Made by a program: the position numbers and the translations under genes | From: Mantamonas sphyraenae STR306 | Lineage: Eukaryota > Protista > CRuMs | Reading direction: 5' to 3' | Assembly: GCA_026936335.1 (NCBI GenBank) | Contig: JAPMXV010000012.1 | Coordinates: 186,001 to 250,000 of the forward strand | Length of the DNA: 64,000 nucleotides | In this document: piece by piece, positions 33,587 through 44,166 of the stretch | Layout of the letters: every line of letters begins with the position of its first letter | Numbering within the stretch: the stretch's first letter is position 1 | Notes under the pieces: generated by a model | The model's database searches: none | The model's input: only the letters and a program-made list of their open reading frames with translations | Told to the model about the DNA's origin: nothing

Positions 33587-36500
33587 ATGTCGTCTTCGGG
33601 GGCCCAGGACGCCGAAGAATGGAACGGGCATCTGGCTCCGTTTGGTAAGGAAGGGGAGGGGCAGGAAGAGAGGAGGTGGAGGAGGAGGCAAAGAGATGAA
33701 AGGCAATGAGAGAGCACTGACACGTTCCGGGGGGTGGGATTTGCACACCCAGGCGGTACGGTGTTTCGCAACCGCAGCAACAAGCCGGTGGAGGTGGATG
33801 TGCGACAGAGCTTCCGTGTGGAAACGTACTCTTCAAATGGAGAGTCGTGTCGGCAAGGCGGCGTACGCTTCCGGCTGGACGTGTTGTGCGATGCCCACGC
33901 TGTGGATGTGGAGCGCAGCGTGGAAGACCACGGGAACGGCTCGTACACGTTTGCATGGAGGCCTCCGGCAGCAGGACGATACACCCTGCAGGTGGTGAGC
34001 AGTCCTGCTCTTCAGATTTACGACGACGTGTTTCAGGTGACGGTGGTGCCGTGTACGTGGAGGGCGAAAGGGAGTTGGTGCGACAACCGGGCAACGGCTA
34101 GCGCTGGAGCCGCCGCTGACACACCGACGTGCGCGCCGGACGTTTGCACACACACAGCGAACCGGCCAGCACACAGTGCGACGGTGTTCCCATCGTTGAG
34201 TGGCAAGGCAGGCGTAGAACAAAAGTTTGTGATCCAGACCAAGCAGAGCAACGGGGAGAAGTGCCTTTCGGGCGGCTGCGACTTTGTGGTCAACGTGGTG
34301 CCTCTGGACGAAGACTACAACACAGACTATCCAGATCCGTATGTGACGGACCGATTCAATGGCACCTACGAGGTGCGCTGGATGCCGCTGAGGCCAGGCA
34401 AGTACCGGGTGAATGTGCTGTGCGACACGCCGACGGTCGAGAAGATCTACGGCCAGCAAAAGCTGACGGAGATCGAGCCGGGAGACGTGGACGCGTCGCT
34501 GTGCACAGTGGAGCTGCTGGACACGGAAGTGTACACGACGCAGGAGCAGTTCTTTGAAATTGTGGCGCGGGATGCGTTTGGCAACGAGTATGGCAAGGGT
34601 GGGACGGAGTTTACGGTGAGCGTGCGGGGTCCCTCGGGCAAGGCGCTGTCGTCGATCGAGCTGGCCGACCAGGGGGACGGCCACTATGTGGTGTCGTATC
34701 TGCCGCGGCTGGCAGGCAAGTACACGTTCCGGATTACGATGGAAGGGGTCGAGGTGCGGGACTCGCCCGTGACGGTGCGTGCGGTGCACCCTCCGTTTGA
34801 TCCGTCCAAGACGCTTGTGAATGGAGAGGTGGACGACCAAAACGTGGGTATGGACACGCTGCGTACGGGAGTGGTGAACAACGACGCCATGTTTGTGATC
34901 CAGGCCTGCAACTGCTTCGGGGTGCCAATGCGCAAGGGGGGCCTGCAGTTCTACGTGCGTCTGTTGGGCCCCATCACATACCGTCCGCAAGTGGTGGACA
35001 ACAACGACGGCAGCTACACGGTGCGATATGCGCTGCCTCTGTCTGGTCACTACCTGGTGGTGATCCGTTGTTCGGGCGAGGACATCCAAGGATCGCCGTT
35101 TGCGTTGAACGTGGTGCCCAGCAGCATCCATGGGGAATCATGGGTGGCAGGAGGCACAGGAATCTTTCATGCGACGGCGATGGTACCGAGCGAATTTGAG
35201 CTGCTGTACGCAGGGGTCAACGCAGACGACAACGACTTGGAAGACATCCGACCGGAAGACTTGGACCCAAAGTCCAAGATACACTCGCTGCAGGGGATTG
35301 CACACGCACATCGGTTGGGCAAACAGGTGCGCAGCTTTTCGCTGTCCGGGCCAAGCGGAGGGGGCAGCGGAGCGGGCGGGGGCAGCCCGAGCGCACCGAC
35401 ATCGCCGCGACTGTCGCTGTACCGCAAAGGATCGTTGCCCGGGGACGCAATGTCGCCTCGGGTGGGTGTGGGAAGCGGAATGGGCGTGGGAAGCGCGGGG
35501 CAGGAAAGTGGGGAGGTGTTGAGCCCGCGCACGTCGGGTGGTGGGCTTGGAGGCACGCTGACGACATCCACGTCGACGTCGTCAACGAGTGAAACGTGGT
35601 CTGTGGCAGGATCGACAACAAGCGGATGGTCGTCGAGGCGGAGCAAGAGCACAGTGGGCGGAGGAAGCGGAAGGCGTCGGAAGAAGCGGGCGCCACCAGA
35701 CATCCCGGAAGTGTATTCGAACGGACGGAGCAGGGAGCACATTTTGTCGCGAGGAGGCGTGGATCAGCCTTCAGGGGAGGCCGAGAATTTTGTGGTGAAG
35801 CTGGATGGGCCGATTCATGTGACTGGGAGCGTGGTGGAACGCAAGCAGGGCGGATACAAGGTGAAGTACACGGTGCCGACGTCGGGTGACTACACGCTCA
35901 AAGTACTGTACCGCAATGCGCCTGTGTACGGGAGCCCGTTCCTGGTGCACGTGGATGCGGTGGAGGTGGACGCGCAAGCGTGCACGGCAGAAGGGCGTGC
36001 GTTGCGTGTGGGCGTGCCCAAAAAGGCGATGAAGTTTACCATCCAGGCACGGGACCACAAGGGCAAGCGCATCAAGCACGGCGGACAGAACTTTAGCGTG
36101 GCGTTGAACGGACCGTGTTCTGTGGCCGGAGTGGTGGAGGACAACGGAAACGGAACTCACACGGCGTCGTACATGGTGCCTGCCACAGGAGCGTTCCAGC
36201 TGGCTGTCAAGTCGGACGGGGAGCACATCCAGGGATCGCCATTCCAGGTTTCCATCAAGCCGTATGCGGAGCGGGAGCTGGACGTGTTTACGCTGGGCGG
36301 GAAAGAAGAGGAGGGTGCAGGGAAAGGCAAGGGCAAAGGAAAGGGAAAGAAAAAGAAGCGAAAGGGAAAGGGCAAGGTGGAACGGGCAGCGAGTGCCGAT
36401 GTTCGCCGGAGCAGCGGCAGCAGTACGAACCAACGGCGGCCGAAAACATCGTCAGCCGGGAGCACCGAGCAGTTGCGTGCAAGTATGGGCTCGCGCGGAG

Positions 36501-37204
36501 TGGTGTTTGCGTCGCGGAAGAAGCGCGTGGAGCAGGAGGCGAGGCGGCGTGCGTCGGAAGGGTTGGGCCGCTCGACGGTGTTTGACGTTGCGGCAGGCAG
36601 TAGCAGCAACAGCGCAGGAGGAGTGTCTGGGGGACGAAAGAGCAGCACACGAAGCCGCAAGAGCAGCAGCAGCAGCAGCAGCGGCAAAGGCCGGCGTGGG
36701 AGCGGGAAGGAACCCGTCGTTCGCACGATGCATTTTACGAGTGCGTTTGTGGAGCACTCGGGAGAGTATGTGGAAAAGGTGGAGGTGAACCTGGAGTTCC
36801 AGGTGCAGACGAGCGAAGCGTACGTGCAGTTCAACGACGAAGAGCCGGAGTACCTGCCTGTGCTGACGAACGTGGAAGGCGACGCTCTGGAGTGCTGGGA
36901 TCTTTGTGTGGGCACGAGTGTGGTGCTACACGGACGGGTAGTGATGCTGACGAGCGCCAACCGGGCGACGGTGAGGTGGATCGACTATCAGGCGGAGCGT
37001 CTGATGGACATGAAGGAGAAGCTGCGACGATCGCTTGCCGGGCGGCAGCTTGCCTTGACGCGGCCCGGGTTGCGGCAGAGCACAAAACGCACGGGCGGCG
37101 TGGTGAACCTGCGCACGCTCATCACAGAGGTGGACGAGCTGCGGGAGGAGTTGGCGCTTTGGGATCCGCAGCGGTCGGAGGCGATTGTGCGTGGATTGGT
37201 GTGA
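33587..37204 (+). CDS. Filamin/ABP280 Ig-repeat protein with C-terminal DM10-like segment (intron ~33645-33752)
   Basis: About 6 repeats of the type D.gdGsY.v.Y.P..aG.Y...v...g..i.gSPF. The C-terminal WDLCVGTSVVLHGRVVMLTSANRATVRW resembles the DM10 consensus. Confidence 0.8.
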
Positions 37205-37301
37205 TGGAGTGTGTGGTGATGACGGGAAATGGATGCATTTGTACAGAAAATAGGGTGAGGAGGATGTGGAGGTAGGGGTTTGGAGGGAAAGTCACTGTGG
37301 G

Positions 37302-39299
37302 TCACTCTGGGTCGAGGCCGCCGCGGCAGGTGGGGCATTCGAGCTTGATGTCCATCCAGCGTTGGAGACACTCTGCGTGAAAGACATGGTCGCAGCGGGC
37401 AATCATCCAGTCTCGCGCTTGGATGTCGACGGGAGTCATGCAGATGACACAATCGATGTCCTGGCCTTCGACAAGGAGGTGGTCGGGGATGGGCCGGCGG
37501 TAGTTGTACTTTTCCGGGAGGAAGCGGGCGGGGACAAAGAAGCGGGGGCCAAAGACGTCCTGGAGGTGGAGGAACAATGGCCTGTGCGGCGACCCAGCAG
37601 ATGAGGGCCCAGCACATGGTGGTGTTTGGTTCGCCGTGGATCATATTGTCGGCGTAGCCGTAAAAGTAGAGTGGGATGGCGAGGCGGGCGATGGACATGC
37701 CGATGATGTAGGAGGAGAGTAGAGGGTGCTTTGTGTCGCGTGAGGCGGAGCAGTAGATCTGGGGAATCCAGAAGGAGTAGAGGAGGAAAACAAAGAGATA
37801 AAAGTGATTGCGGAGTTGAAAGACGAGGAAAACGCCACCGAGCATGAAGCCGTAGAAGCGCATGTAAAGGGTGCCGAGTTCACGGCGGACACGCGCCCAG
37901 CCCTGGTTGAAGCCCGTGGGGTTTCGTGCCTTCCAGATGGAGAGGAGGTAGCGCATCTCAAAGATGGAAAACTGGACGAGCTTGCAGAAGCCGATGAGGG
38001 CAAAGGCGTTGAAGACACTCTCGGAGTAAAGGCCAAAGGTGAGGTGGATGAGGAGGGAGTATGCGTCGAGGATGGCCTGCTCGCCAACAGTGAGGAGGGA
38101 GACCTTGGTGAGCATGCTGGGGGTCTTGCTGTAGTCCATCTGGCGAATGGTGAGGAGGAGCTCAACAATGGAGGCGACAGCAGCATAGGCGACGTAGGAG
38201 AGGGCCTGCTGAGTGTACTCGCGGAGGTCGACGGTGGCGCTCTCGAGTTCCATGAGGATGCCACAGTGCTGGCTGGCGACAAAGCCGTGCATGTCAAAGT
38301 GAAGGTCGCTTTCGATGTCCCTGAGCTGTTTGCGGAGGAGGGCACGCTTGTCGTAGGAAAGGCGAGGGGCCTGGAGTTGCTGGCGGAGCTGTTGGAGTTC
38401 GCGCTCGGCCTTTTTCATGGACGGGGTCAGCAGGCCCATCTGGATGGTGAAGCGGAAGAAGCAGGGGTTGTTCTGTGGGTCCTTGGCGATGAGCTCCTGC
38501 AGAGCAGAGTCTGCGTTCTTGAGGGCGTCTTGCTTTGCGAGTTCGCGATTTGTAAGGAGGCCCAAACGCACAGAACGCAGTTGCTCCTCCATCGCAGTCT
38601 GGTTGTTGCTGACGTCAAAGGACGGGCGGAAGGGCTGACGTGTGGCCTGGAACCCGAGGAGCATGAGCTTGCCCGTGGTCCAGAAATAGACGCCACGGAG
38701 GTTGAGCTCGAGAAAGTCGTCCGTGCTGTACTTGCCGTTTCTGAGGAGCATGCGTCCCTGTGGGAGTTGACGGGTGGGGTGGAGAGGGTGTAAGCACAGG
38801 TGGGATGGAGAGGATGGGTGGTGGTGGTGGGGGGGTGAGGTTGCAAGGGGAGCGAGCTTACGAGGACAAAGTCGGCGTTTTGGACGGGCGACGGAGTGTT
38901 CTGGAGGCGGAAGACGAGCTCACCAGCGTCGCGCTGAAGAACAAAGGAGGAGGCCTGGGTTGAATAGTTTGTCTGGCGATGTTTCCAGGCGCCTGAGGAG
39001 CGTGTGTGTGGGGAAGAGAGCGGGCGGCGAAAAGGTGTGAGCGGTTGTTGGGAAAATGGGGGCGACGGCGGACAGGGTCGGTGGGCGGGGAGGGATGGCG
39101 ACAAACCTTTGAAGAGGGCGGTGATGTTGCGGGAGAAGGGTAGTTGTGCCGGGTCGATGTGCTGGGTGATGTTTGGCTGGAGAGTAAGGCGAGGCGGGGT
39201 CGGGGCGGAGGGACGTTCCGAGTCTGCCGCGACCACGGCAAGGATGGAGGGTATGAAGGAGCACAGGAGCAGGGCAATGAGGAGCTTGGCCCTGGTCAT
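37302..39299 (-). CDS. TUL1: TUL1/FLY1-type transmembrane RING-H2 E3 ubiquitin ligase (2 introns; apparent +1 frameshift ~37571)
   Basis: Signal peptide, LRGVYFW, QAILDAY, FEMRYL, YSFWIPQI, FGPRFFVP and DCVICM...CDHVFHAECLQRWMDIKLECPTCR. Introns at 38993-39106 and 38758-38861. Confidence 0.88.
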
Positions 39300-39395
39300 G
39301 GAGAATGGGTGACGGGGGGTGGTGTTGGTGGAGAGGGCGGGGACAGGGCGGGGACAGGGCGCCGGCCGGGGCAAAGCAGGACGGTCGGCTGTGGA

Positions 39396-42300
39396 ATGGG
39401 CAACGAGCAGTCGCAAGGAGGAAACGTTGCAGCTGACGCAGGGAAGGGAGAGGGAATCGGGGTGGAGGACGGGAAGGGCAGGTCCGAGAAGGAGGAGAAA
39501 GGAGGAGGCGGAGTCGTGCGGCAAAACTCGTATGGGATCAAGAGTGTGGGAGGGAGCAAGTATTCGCTGATGGACGGGCAGAGGGAGGCGGGGAACGGGC
39601 AGACTGGCCAACAGGGAGGTGAGGAGAGCGGAGCGAGGGAGCAACGGACGTCGTCGACGGGCAAGGGCAAGGAGGAGGAGATGCAGAATGAGGGAGAAAA
39701 GCGGACTGAGAAGGTGGGTGGGGATGTAAAGGAGGTGAGGAAGGAAGAAGGTGGTGGAGGGAAAGTGGAGCAAGTCGGGGCGGGCGAGGCGAATGCCGGG
39801 AAATCCGTTGCAGGGAGCGCGGCGGAGAAGGAGGACAGCGGGAGCGACAAGGAGAATGATGGAGAGGAGGGGGAGGAGGGAGGTGGTGTGGCACGGGCAG
39901 GGGGAGATTCAGGTGAGAGTGCGAGGGAGGAGGTGGATGTTGTTGCAGTGGAGGTGGAGGAGGAAGGGGAGAAAGAAGAGGAGGAGGAGGTGGAGGAAGA
40001 TCGGCAAGCGTACTACAGGAAGAGGTTCGAGCCAGAGGAGGTGAAGCGTGCGGGATATCTGACAAAGGAAAAGACGGGATTGGCGACGACGGGATGGAAG
40101 AAGCGGTTCTTTGTGCTGGAGGAGCAACGTGTGCGAGTGTACAAGTCGAAGATGCTGATGGAGCGAGGGCAAGAGGCAGACGAGGAGTTGGAAGTATGGG
40201 AGGCAACGGTGGAGAGTGTGGATGCAAAGGAGGTGGAGGAGGAGCGTGCGTGGTGTCTGCGTGTACGTCCTGCAAACGGGGCAGAGGCGATGGTGGCGCA
40301 GGCGCCGAACGAGTTTGAACAGCGAGAGTGGATTGCAGCGCTTGAGCGAGCGTCACAGAAGCCAAAGTGGAAGAGAGAACAAGAGGCAAACATGGAAAAG
40401 ATGGCAAGGGTGATACAGGGGGCGTTCTACGCGTGGCAGGCGCGGCGGAAGATGCGTTTGCGGCAGATTGCATTGGAAGAGATGCGAAAGGCAAACACCA
40501 AGCGGGTGCGTATGGCAGTGCACATCCAGCGGATGTTTCGTGGATTCAAGGCGCGGCAGCGTGCGCGGGAGCTGAGGCGGGAAGCAGCAGCCAAAGCGCG
40601 GTTTGAAAAGATGCTTCGGGAGCGAGAGGCGGCAATTCGGCGAGCGGAGGAGGCGAATCGTGTGAAGCGGGCGCAGATTGCAAAGGATACACCACCACCT
40701 CCTCCTGTGCCGTCCGAAGAGGGCGAAGAGTGGATGTGGCCGCTGCGCAAGCCAACGTTTGTTCTGACGGGCATTGAGCAGAAGAAGAGGGGCCAGAAGG
40801 ATGAGGAAGAGGAAGAGGACATGCGGCGAAGGATTGCAGCTGCACACGCAGAGGCACTGAGCAGGAGTGCAGCTGTGCAGATGGCGTCGCTGGACTTGCC
40901 GCAGCCAGAATTGATTCGAACGGAACGGCCACTGACGGCAGAGCTGGACCGAGGTCGGCGGGTGAGGGAAGAAAGGGTGGTTGTGGCAGAGGAGGAGGAG
41001 GTGGAGGAGGAGGACAAGGCAAAGAAGCGGCGGAAGAAGAAGAAGCGAAAGAGGAAGAAGCGAAAGAACGTGCGGGAGCGGCCTGTGACGGCACATCTGG
41101 CAGAACGGGAGAAACGATGGCTTGAGAGAGACATGGCATTGATATCTGCGAGCCGTGGCGGGAGCCCACGTGCGCAGAGTGCACGTGTAGGGGCGGGCAA
41201 GAGAGAGTGGAGCGCAGGGGGGGATTCGACATCGCTGCAGCTGTTGTTGATGGATGAGGGGGACGAAGATGAGGAGGAGGAGCTTTTGTTTAGTCGGGTG
41301 GAGGAGGAGGAGGAGGAGGAGGTTGCGCGGGTGAATGCGAGGAGGGCGAAGCCACCAGCTGGGAGGGCGAGGCCGGGGACTGCGATGGGGATGGGGATGG
41401 GTATGGGGAGGGTGAGGCCGGGGACGGCGATGGCGGGGGAGAGGCGGAGGCCCGTGACGGCAAGCGAAAGGAGCGCGTCGGGAGTGTTCCGCAGGTATGT
41501 GGATGTGGAGACAAAGAAAAAAGTGAGGAGGCCGAGCACGGGAGTCTCGGTGGCCGAAACTCTGAGTGCGGAACTGCACGAAAAGTTGAGTCGAGATGCT
41601 ATCGCAAGGCCGCACCGTCCGGCGACAGGGAGCGGACGGAGAGGCGAGCGAGGTGCCGGGGGTCCGAGGAGGAGGAGACCGGTGACCACGGGTGGGGAGA
41701 GGTTCGTGGAGCAGCAGGCACGCACGACCGAGGCGTTTCGGAGGAGGCAGTCAGAGGCGCTGGAACAAAGGCGGGCGGCGAGGGAGGAGATTGAAGAGGT
41801 GGAACGTCTGAACGAGAGTGTGAATGTGCATCGACAGCACTTTCTGTCGTATCTGATGGGCATCAAGACGGGCAAGTCGATGGAAGTGCTGCGCGGGGAG
41901 GCGCCCGGGACACTGCTGGACACAGAGTCGAGGTCGCGTGCGAGTGCGTACGGGATGAGGATGAGCGAGTATAGGCGGGCATATGAAGAGGTGCGTGAAA
42001 AGACGCAGGCGCAGGTGTTTACGCGAGCAGGTGGGCAAGATCGGGTGGATCGCGGGAGTGAGACACCGTTTTTCGTGGATGCAAGGGAGTTTGGAGCGAC
42101 ACATGATGTCGGGGTGCAGGAGGAGGAGGATGGGCCGATGGATTTGTTCTCTGGCGTGCAGATTTTTGGGTTGAGGGATTTGGAGGAGGCGGAGAGGGAG
42201 AAGGAGCGGCGGGCGAAGGAACGGGAGATTGCAGAGAGGAAAAGGGAGAGATTGGCGAAGGAAAGGGAGAGGGAGAGGGAAAAGAGGGAGAAGAGGGAGA

Positions 42301-42785
42301 TGGAGGAGGCGGAGGATCATCATCACAATGATCAGGTGGAGTTTGGAGAGGTGGAGATGAGCGAGGTGAGCGAGTTGGAGAGTCCTCATGTGGTGGAAGA
42401 GGGAGAGGATGGTGGGGATGATGGGTTGGAGGTCGTTGTTGAGGAGGAGGAGCAAGGGGAGGTGGAGAACGGGGAGGAGGAGGTTGGGGAAGGAGTAGAG
42501 GAAGAGGTGGAGGAGGTTGGGGAGGATGGTGAGGAGGAGGTGGTGGTTGGGGAGGATGGTGAGGAGGAGGCAGTGGAGGAGGAGGAGGAGGCAGAGGAGG
42601 ATGGTGAGGAGGAGGTGGTGGTGGTTGGGGAGGATGGTGAGGAGGAGGTGGTGGAGGTTGGGGAGGATGCAGAGGAGGAGGCAGAGGTGGTTGAGGGAGC
42701 TGTGGAGGGAGAAGAAGAAGAGGTTGCTCAGCCGATGGCGGTGGAGATGGAGCTGAGCGACAGTGAGAGCGACAAAGAGGAATGA
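39396..42785 (+). CDS. Putative N-myristoylated PH-domain + IQ-motif protein with acidic tail
   Basis: MGNEQS start. PH: KRAGYLTK...WKKRFFVL...EWIAAL. IQ motifs IQGAFYAWQAR and IQRMFRGFKAR. Confidence 0.75.
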   Translation: MGNEQSQGGNVAADAGKGEGIGVEDGKGRSEKEEKGGGGVVRQNSYGIKSVGGSKYSLMDGQREAGNGQTGQQGGEESGAREQRTSSTGKGKEEEMQNEGEKRTEKVGGDVKEVRKEEGGGGKVEQVGAGEANAGKSVAGSAAEKEDSGSDKENDGEEGEEGGGVARAGGDSGESAREEVDVVAVEVEEEGEKEEEEEVEEDRQAYYRKRFEPEEVKRAGYLTKEKTGLATTGWKKRFFVLEEQRVRVYKSKMLMERGQEADEELEVWEATVESVDAKEVEEERAWCLRVRPANGAEAMVAQAPNEFEQREWIAALERASQKPKWKREQEANMEKMARVIQGAFYAWQARRKMRLRQIALEEMRKANTKRVRMAVHIQRMFRGFKARQRARELRREAAAKARFEKMLREREAAIRRAEEANRVKRAQIAKDTPPPPPVPSEEGEEWMWPLRKPTFVLTGIEQKKRGQKDEEEEEDMRRRIAAAHAEALSRSAAVQMASLDLPQPELIRTERPLTAELDRGRRVREERVVVAEEEEVEEEDKAKKRRKKKKRKRKKRKNVRERPVTAHLAEREKRWLERDMALISASRGGSPRAQSARVGAGKREWSAGGDSTSLQLLLMDEGDEDEEEELLFSRVEEEEEEEVARVNARRAKPPAGRARPGTAMGMGMGMGRVRPGTAMAGERRRPVTASERSASGVFRRYVDVETKKKVRRPSTGVSVAETLSAELHEKLSRDAIARPHRPATGSGRRGERGAGGPRRRRPVTTGGERFVEQQARTTEAFRRRQSEALEQRRAAREEIEEVERLNESVNVHRQHFLSYLMGIKTGKSMEVLRGEAPGTLLDTESRSRASAYGMRMSEYRRAYEEVREKTQAQVFTRAGGQDRVDRGSETPFFVDAREFGATHDVGVQEEEDGPMDLFSGVQIFGLRDLEEAEREKERRAKEREIAERKRERLAKEREREREKREKREMEEAEDHHHNDQVEFGEVEMSEVSELESPHVVEEGEDGGDDGLEVVVEEEEQGEVENGEEEVGEGVEEEVEEVGEDGEEEVVVGEDGEEEAVEEEEEAEEDGEEEVVVVGEDGEEEVVEVGEDAEEEAEVVEGAVEGEEEEVAQPMAVEMELSDSESDKEE
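42470..42720 (+). repeat. Imperfect coding repeat (VGEDGEEEV-type)
   Basis: Recurrent gttggggaggatggtgaggaggag units. Confidence 0.7.
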
Positions 42786-42844
42786 AAAGCCACGCGCAAA
42801 CGAGCAAACGCAAAAAGAACAAGGAGAAGAGAGAGAGGAGCGGA

Positions 42845-44068
42845 ATGCTTGCGTTTGTGTGGAATCTGCTCACAAAGCGCACACACATTGTGTACTTTGC
42901 AGTGGCGGTGTGGGTGCTGGACGCGGTGCTGGGCGGGCTGATTGTGCTCAAGGTGCCGTACACGGAAATCGACTGGGTGGCGTACATGCAGGAGGTGGAG
43001 GGCCCCATGGTGCATGGAGACTGGGACTACATGCATTTGGAAGGAGACACGGGTCCGCTGGTGTATCCAGCCGGGTTTGTGTGGCTTTACAGCGTGCTGT
43101 GGTGGGTGACGGACAAGGGAGCAGACATTGCGCGCGCGCAGTGGATCTTTCTGGGCCTGTATCTGCTCAATCTGGCGCTGGTGATGTACGTGTATGTGCG
43201 CGCAACAAAGATGGCGCCGTGGACGCTGCTGCTACTCGTGGTGAGCAAGCGGCTGCACTCGATCTTCATGCTGCGGCTTTTCAACGACGGCATCGCAATG
43301 CTGCTGATGTATGCGGCGGTGGCGCTGTTTGTGAACCGGCGGTGGGTGTGGGGCTGTCTTGTGTACTCATTGGGTGTGAGCATCAAGATGAACGTGCTGC
43401 TGCCGAGCATCGCGATTTTGGCGCTGATGCTCAAGAGCCACGGTTGGGTGCGGACGGCGGGTCTGCTGAGCGTGTGTGCTGCAGTGCAGGTCGTGCTGGC
43501 CGTGCCGTTCCTGCAGACGAATGCGTACGGGTATCTGCTGCGCAGCTTTGAACTGGGCCGCGTGTTCAAGTTCAAGTGGACGGTGAACTTCAAGTTCCTT
43601 GCCGAGGACGTGTTTGTGTCGAAACAGCTCGCAGTAGGCCTATTGGCTGCGCACGTGCTCGTCCTCCTGCTCTTCTGGGTGTTCCGCTGGCGTGTGAGCG
43701 TGCGCGACGGCGGCAAGCCCGTGCGGCAGCCCGCCGCCGCACACCTCGTGCGTCTGGTGTTTGTGGGCAACTTTGTGGGCGTCGCGTTTGCACGGTCGCT
43801 GCACTACCAATTCTACTCGTGGTACGTGCACACGCTGCCACTGCTGCTCTGGGCCACGCCGTACCCTGTGATTGTGCGGCTGATCGTGCTCGGTGCCATC
43901 GAGGTGGCCTTTAACGTGTACCCGGCGACGGCGTGGTCGTCTGCACTGCTGCAAGCAGCACACGCCGTGCTGCTTGTGGGCCTGTGGTTTGCCGCGCCAG
44001 AGCAGGCGCAGTTTGAGGACGAGATTGTCGAAGCGGGCAACACGCCCAAGAAGGACAAGAAGGCATGA
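42845..44068 (+). CDS. ALG3: Dol-P-Man alpha-1,3-mannosyltransferase ALG3
   Basis: KVPYTEIDWVAYM, GDTGPLVYPAG, SKRLHSIFMLRLFND, SIKMN, WTVNFKF, FARSLHYQFYSWY and a C-terminal dilysine. Alternative start at 42782. Confidence 0.97.
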   Translation: MLAFVWNLLTKRTHIVYFAVAVWVLDAVLGGLIVLKVPYTEIDWVAYMQEVEGPMVHGDWDYMHLEGDTGPLVYPAGFVWLYSVLWWVTDKGADIARAQWIFLGLYLLNLALVMYVYVRATKMAPWTLLLLVVSKRLHSIFMLRLFNDGIAMLLMYAAVALFVNRRWVWGCLVYSLGVSIKMNVLLPSIAILALMLKSHGWVRTAGLLSVCAAVQVVLAVPFLQTNAYGYLLRSFELGRVFKFKWTVNFKFLAEDVFVSKQLAVGLLAAHVLVLLLFWVFRWRVSVRDGGKPVRQPAAAHLVRLVFVGNFVGVAFARSLHYQFYSWYVHTLPLLLWATPYPVIVRLIVLGAIEVAFNVYPATAWSSALLQAAHAVLLVGLWFAAPEQAQFEDEIVEAGNTPKKDKKA

Positions 44069-44166
44069 TGGGAATATGTTTCTTGCTGAATGGGCGCACA
44101 GAGAGGGTTCGAGGAGGGAGGCACCCACGCAGAATGAAGCAAGGATCCTGTGCGACGGCGTTGGCA

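Noticed and set aside
42782-44068. Bacterial-style ATGA stop/start coupling at 42782-42785, 44065-44068 and 1272-1275
   Set aside because: This is an automatic by-product of A+TGA stop contexts. Better-supported starts lie downstream (42845, 44167), and the 1272 ORF is antisense to DONSON.
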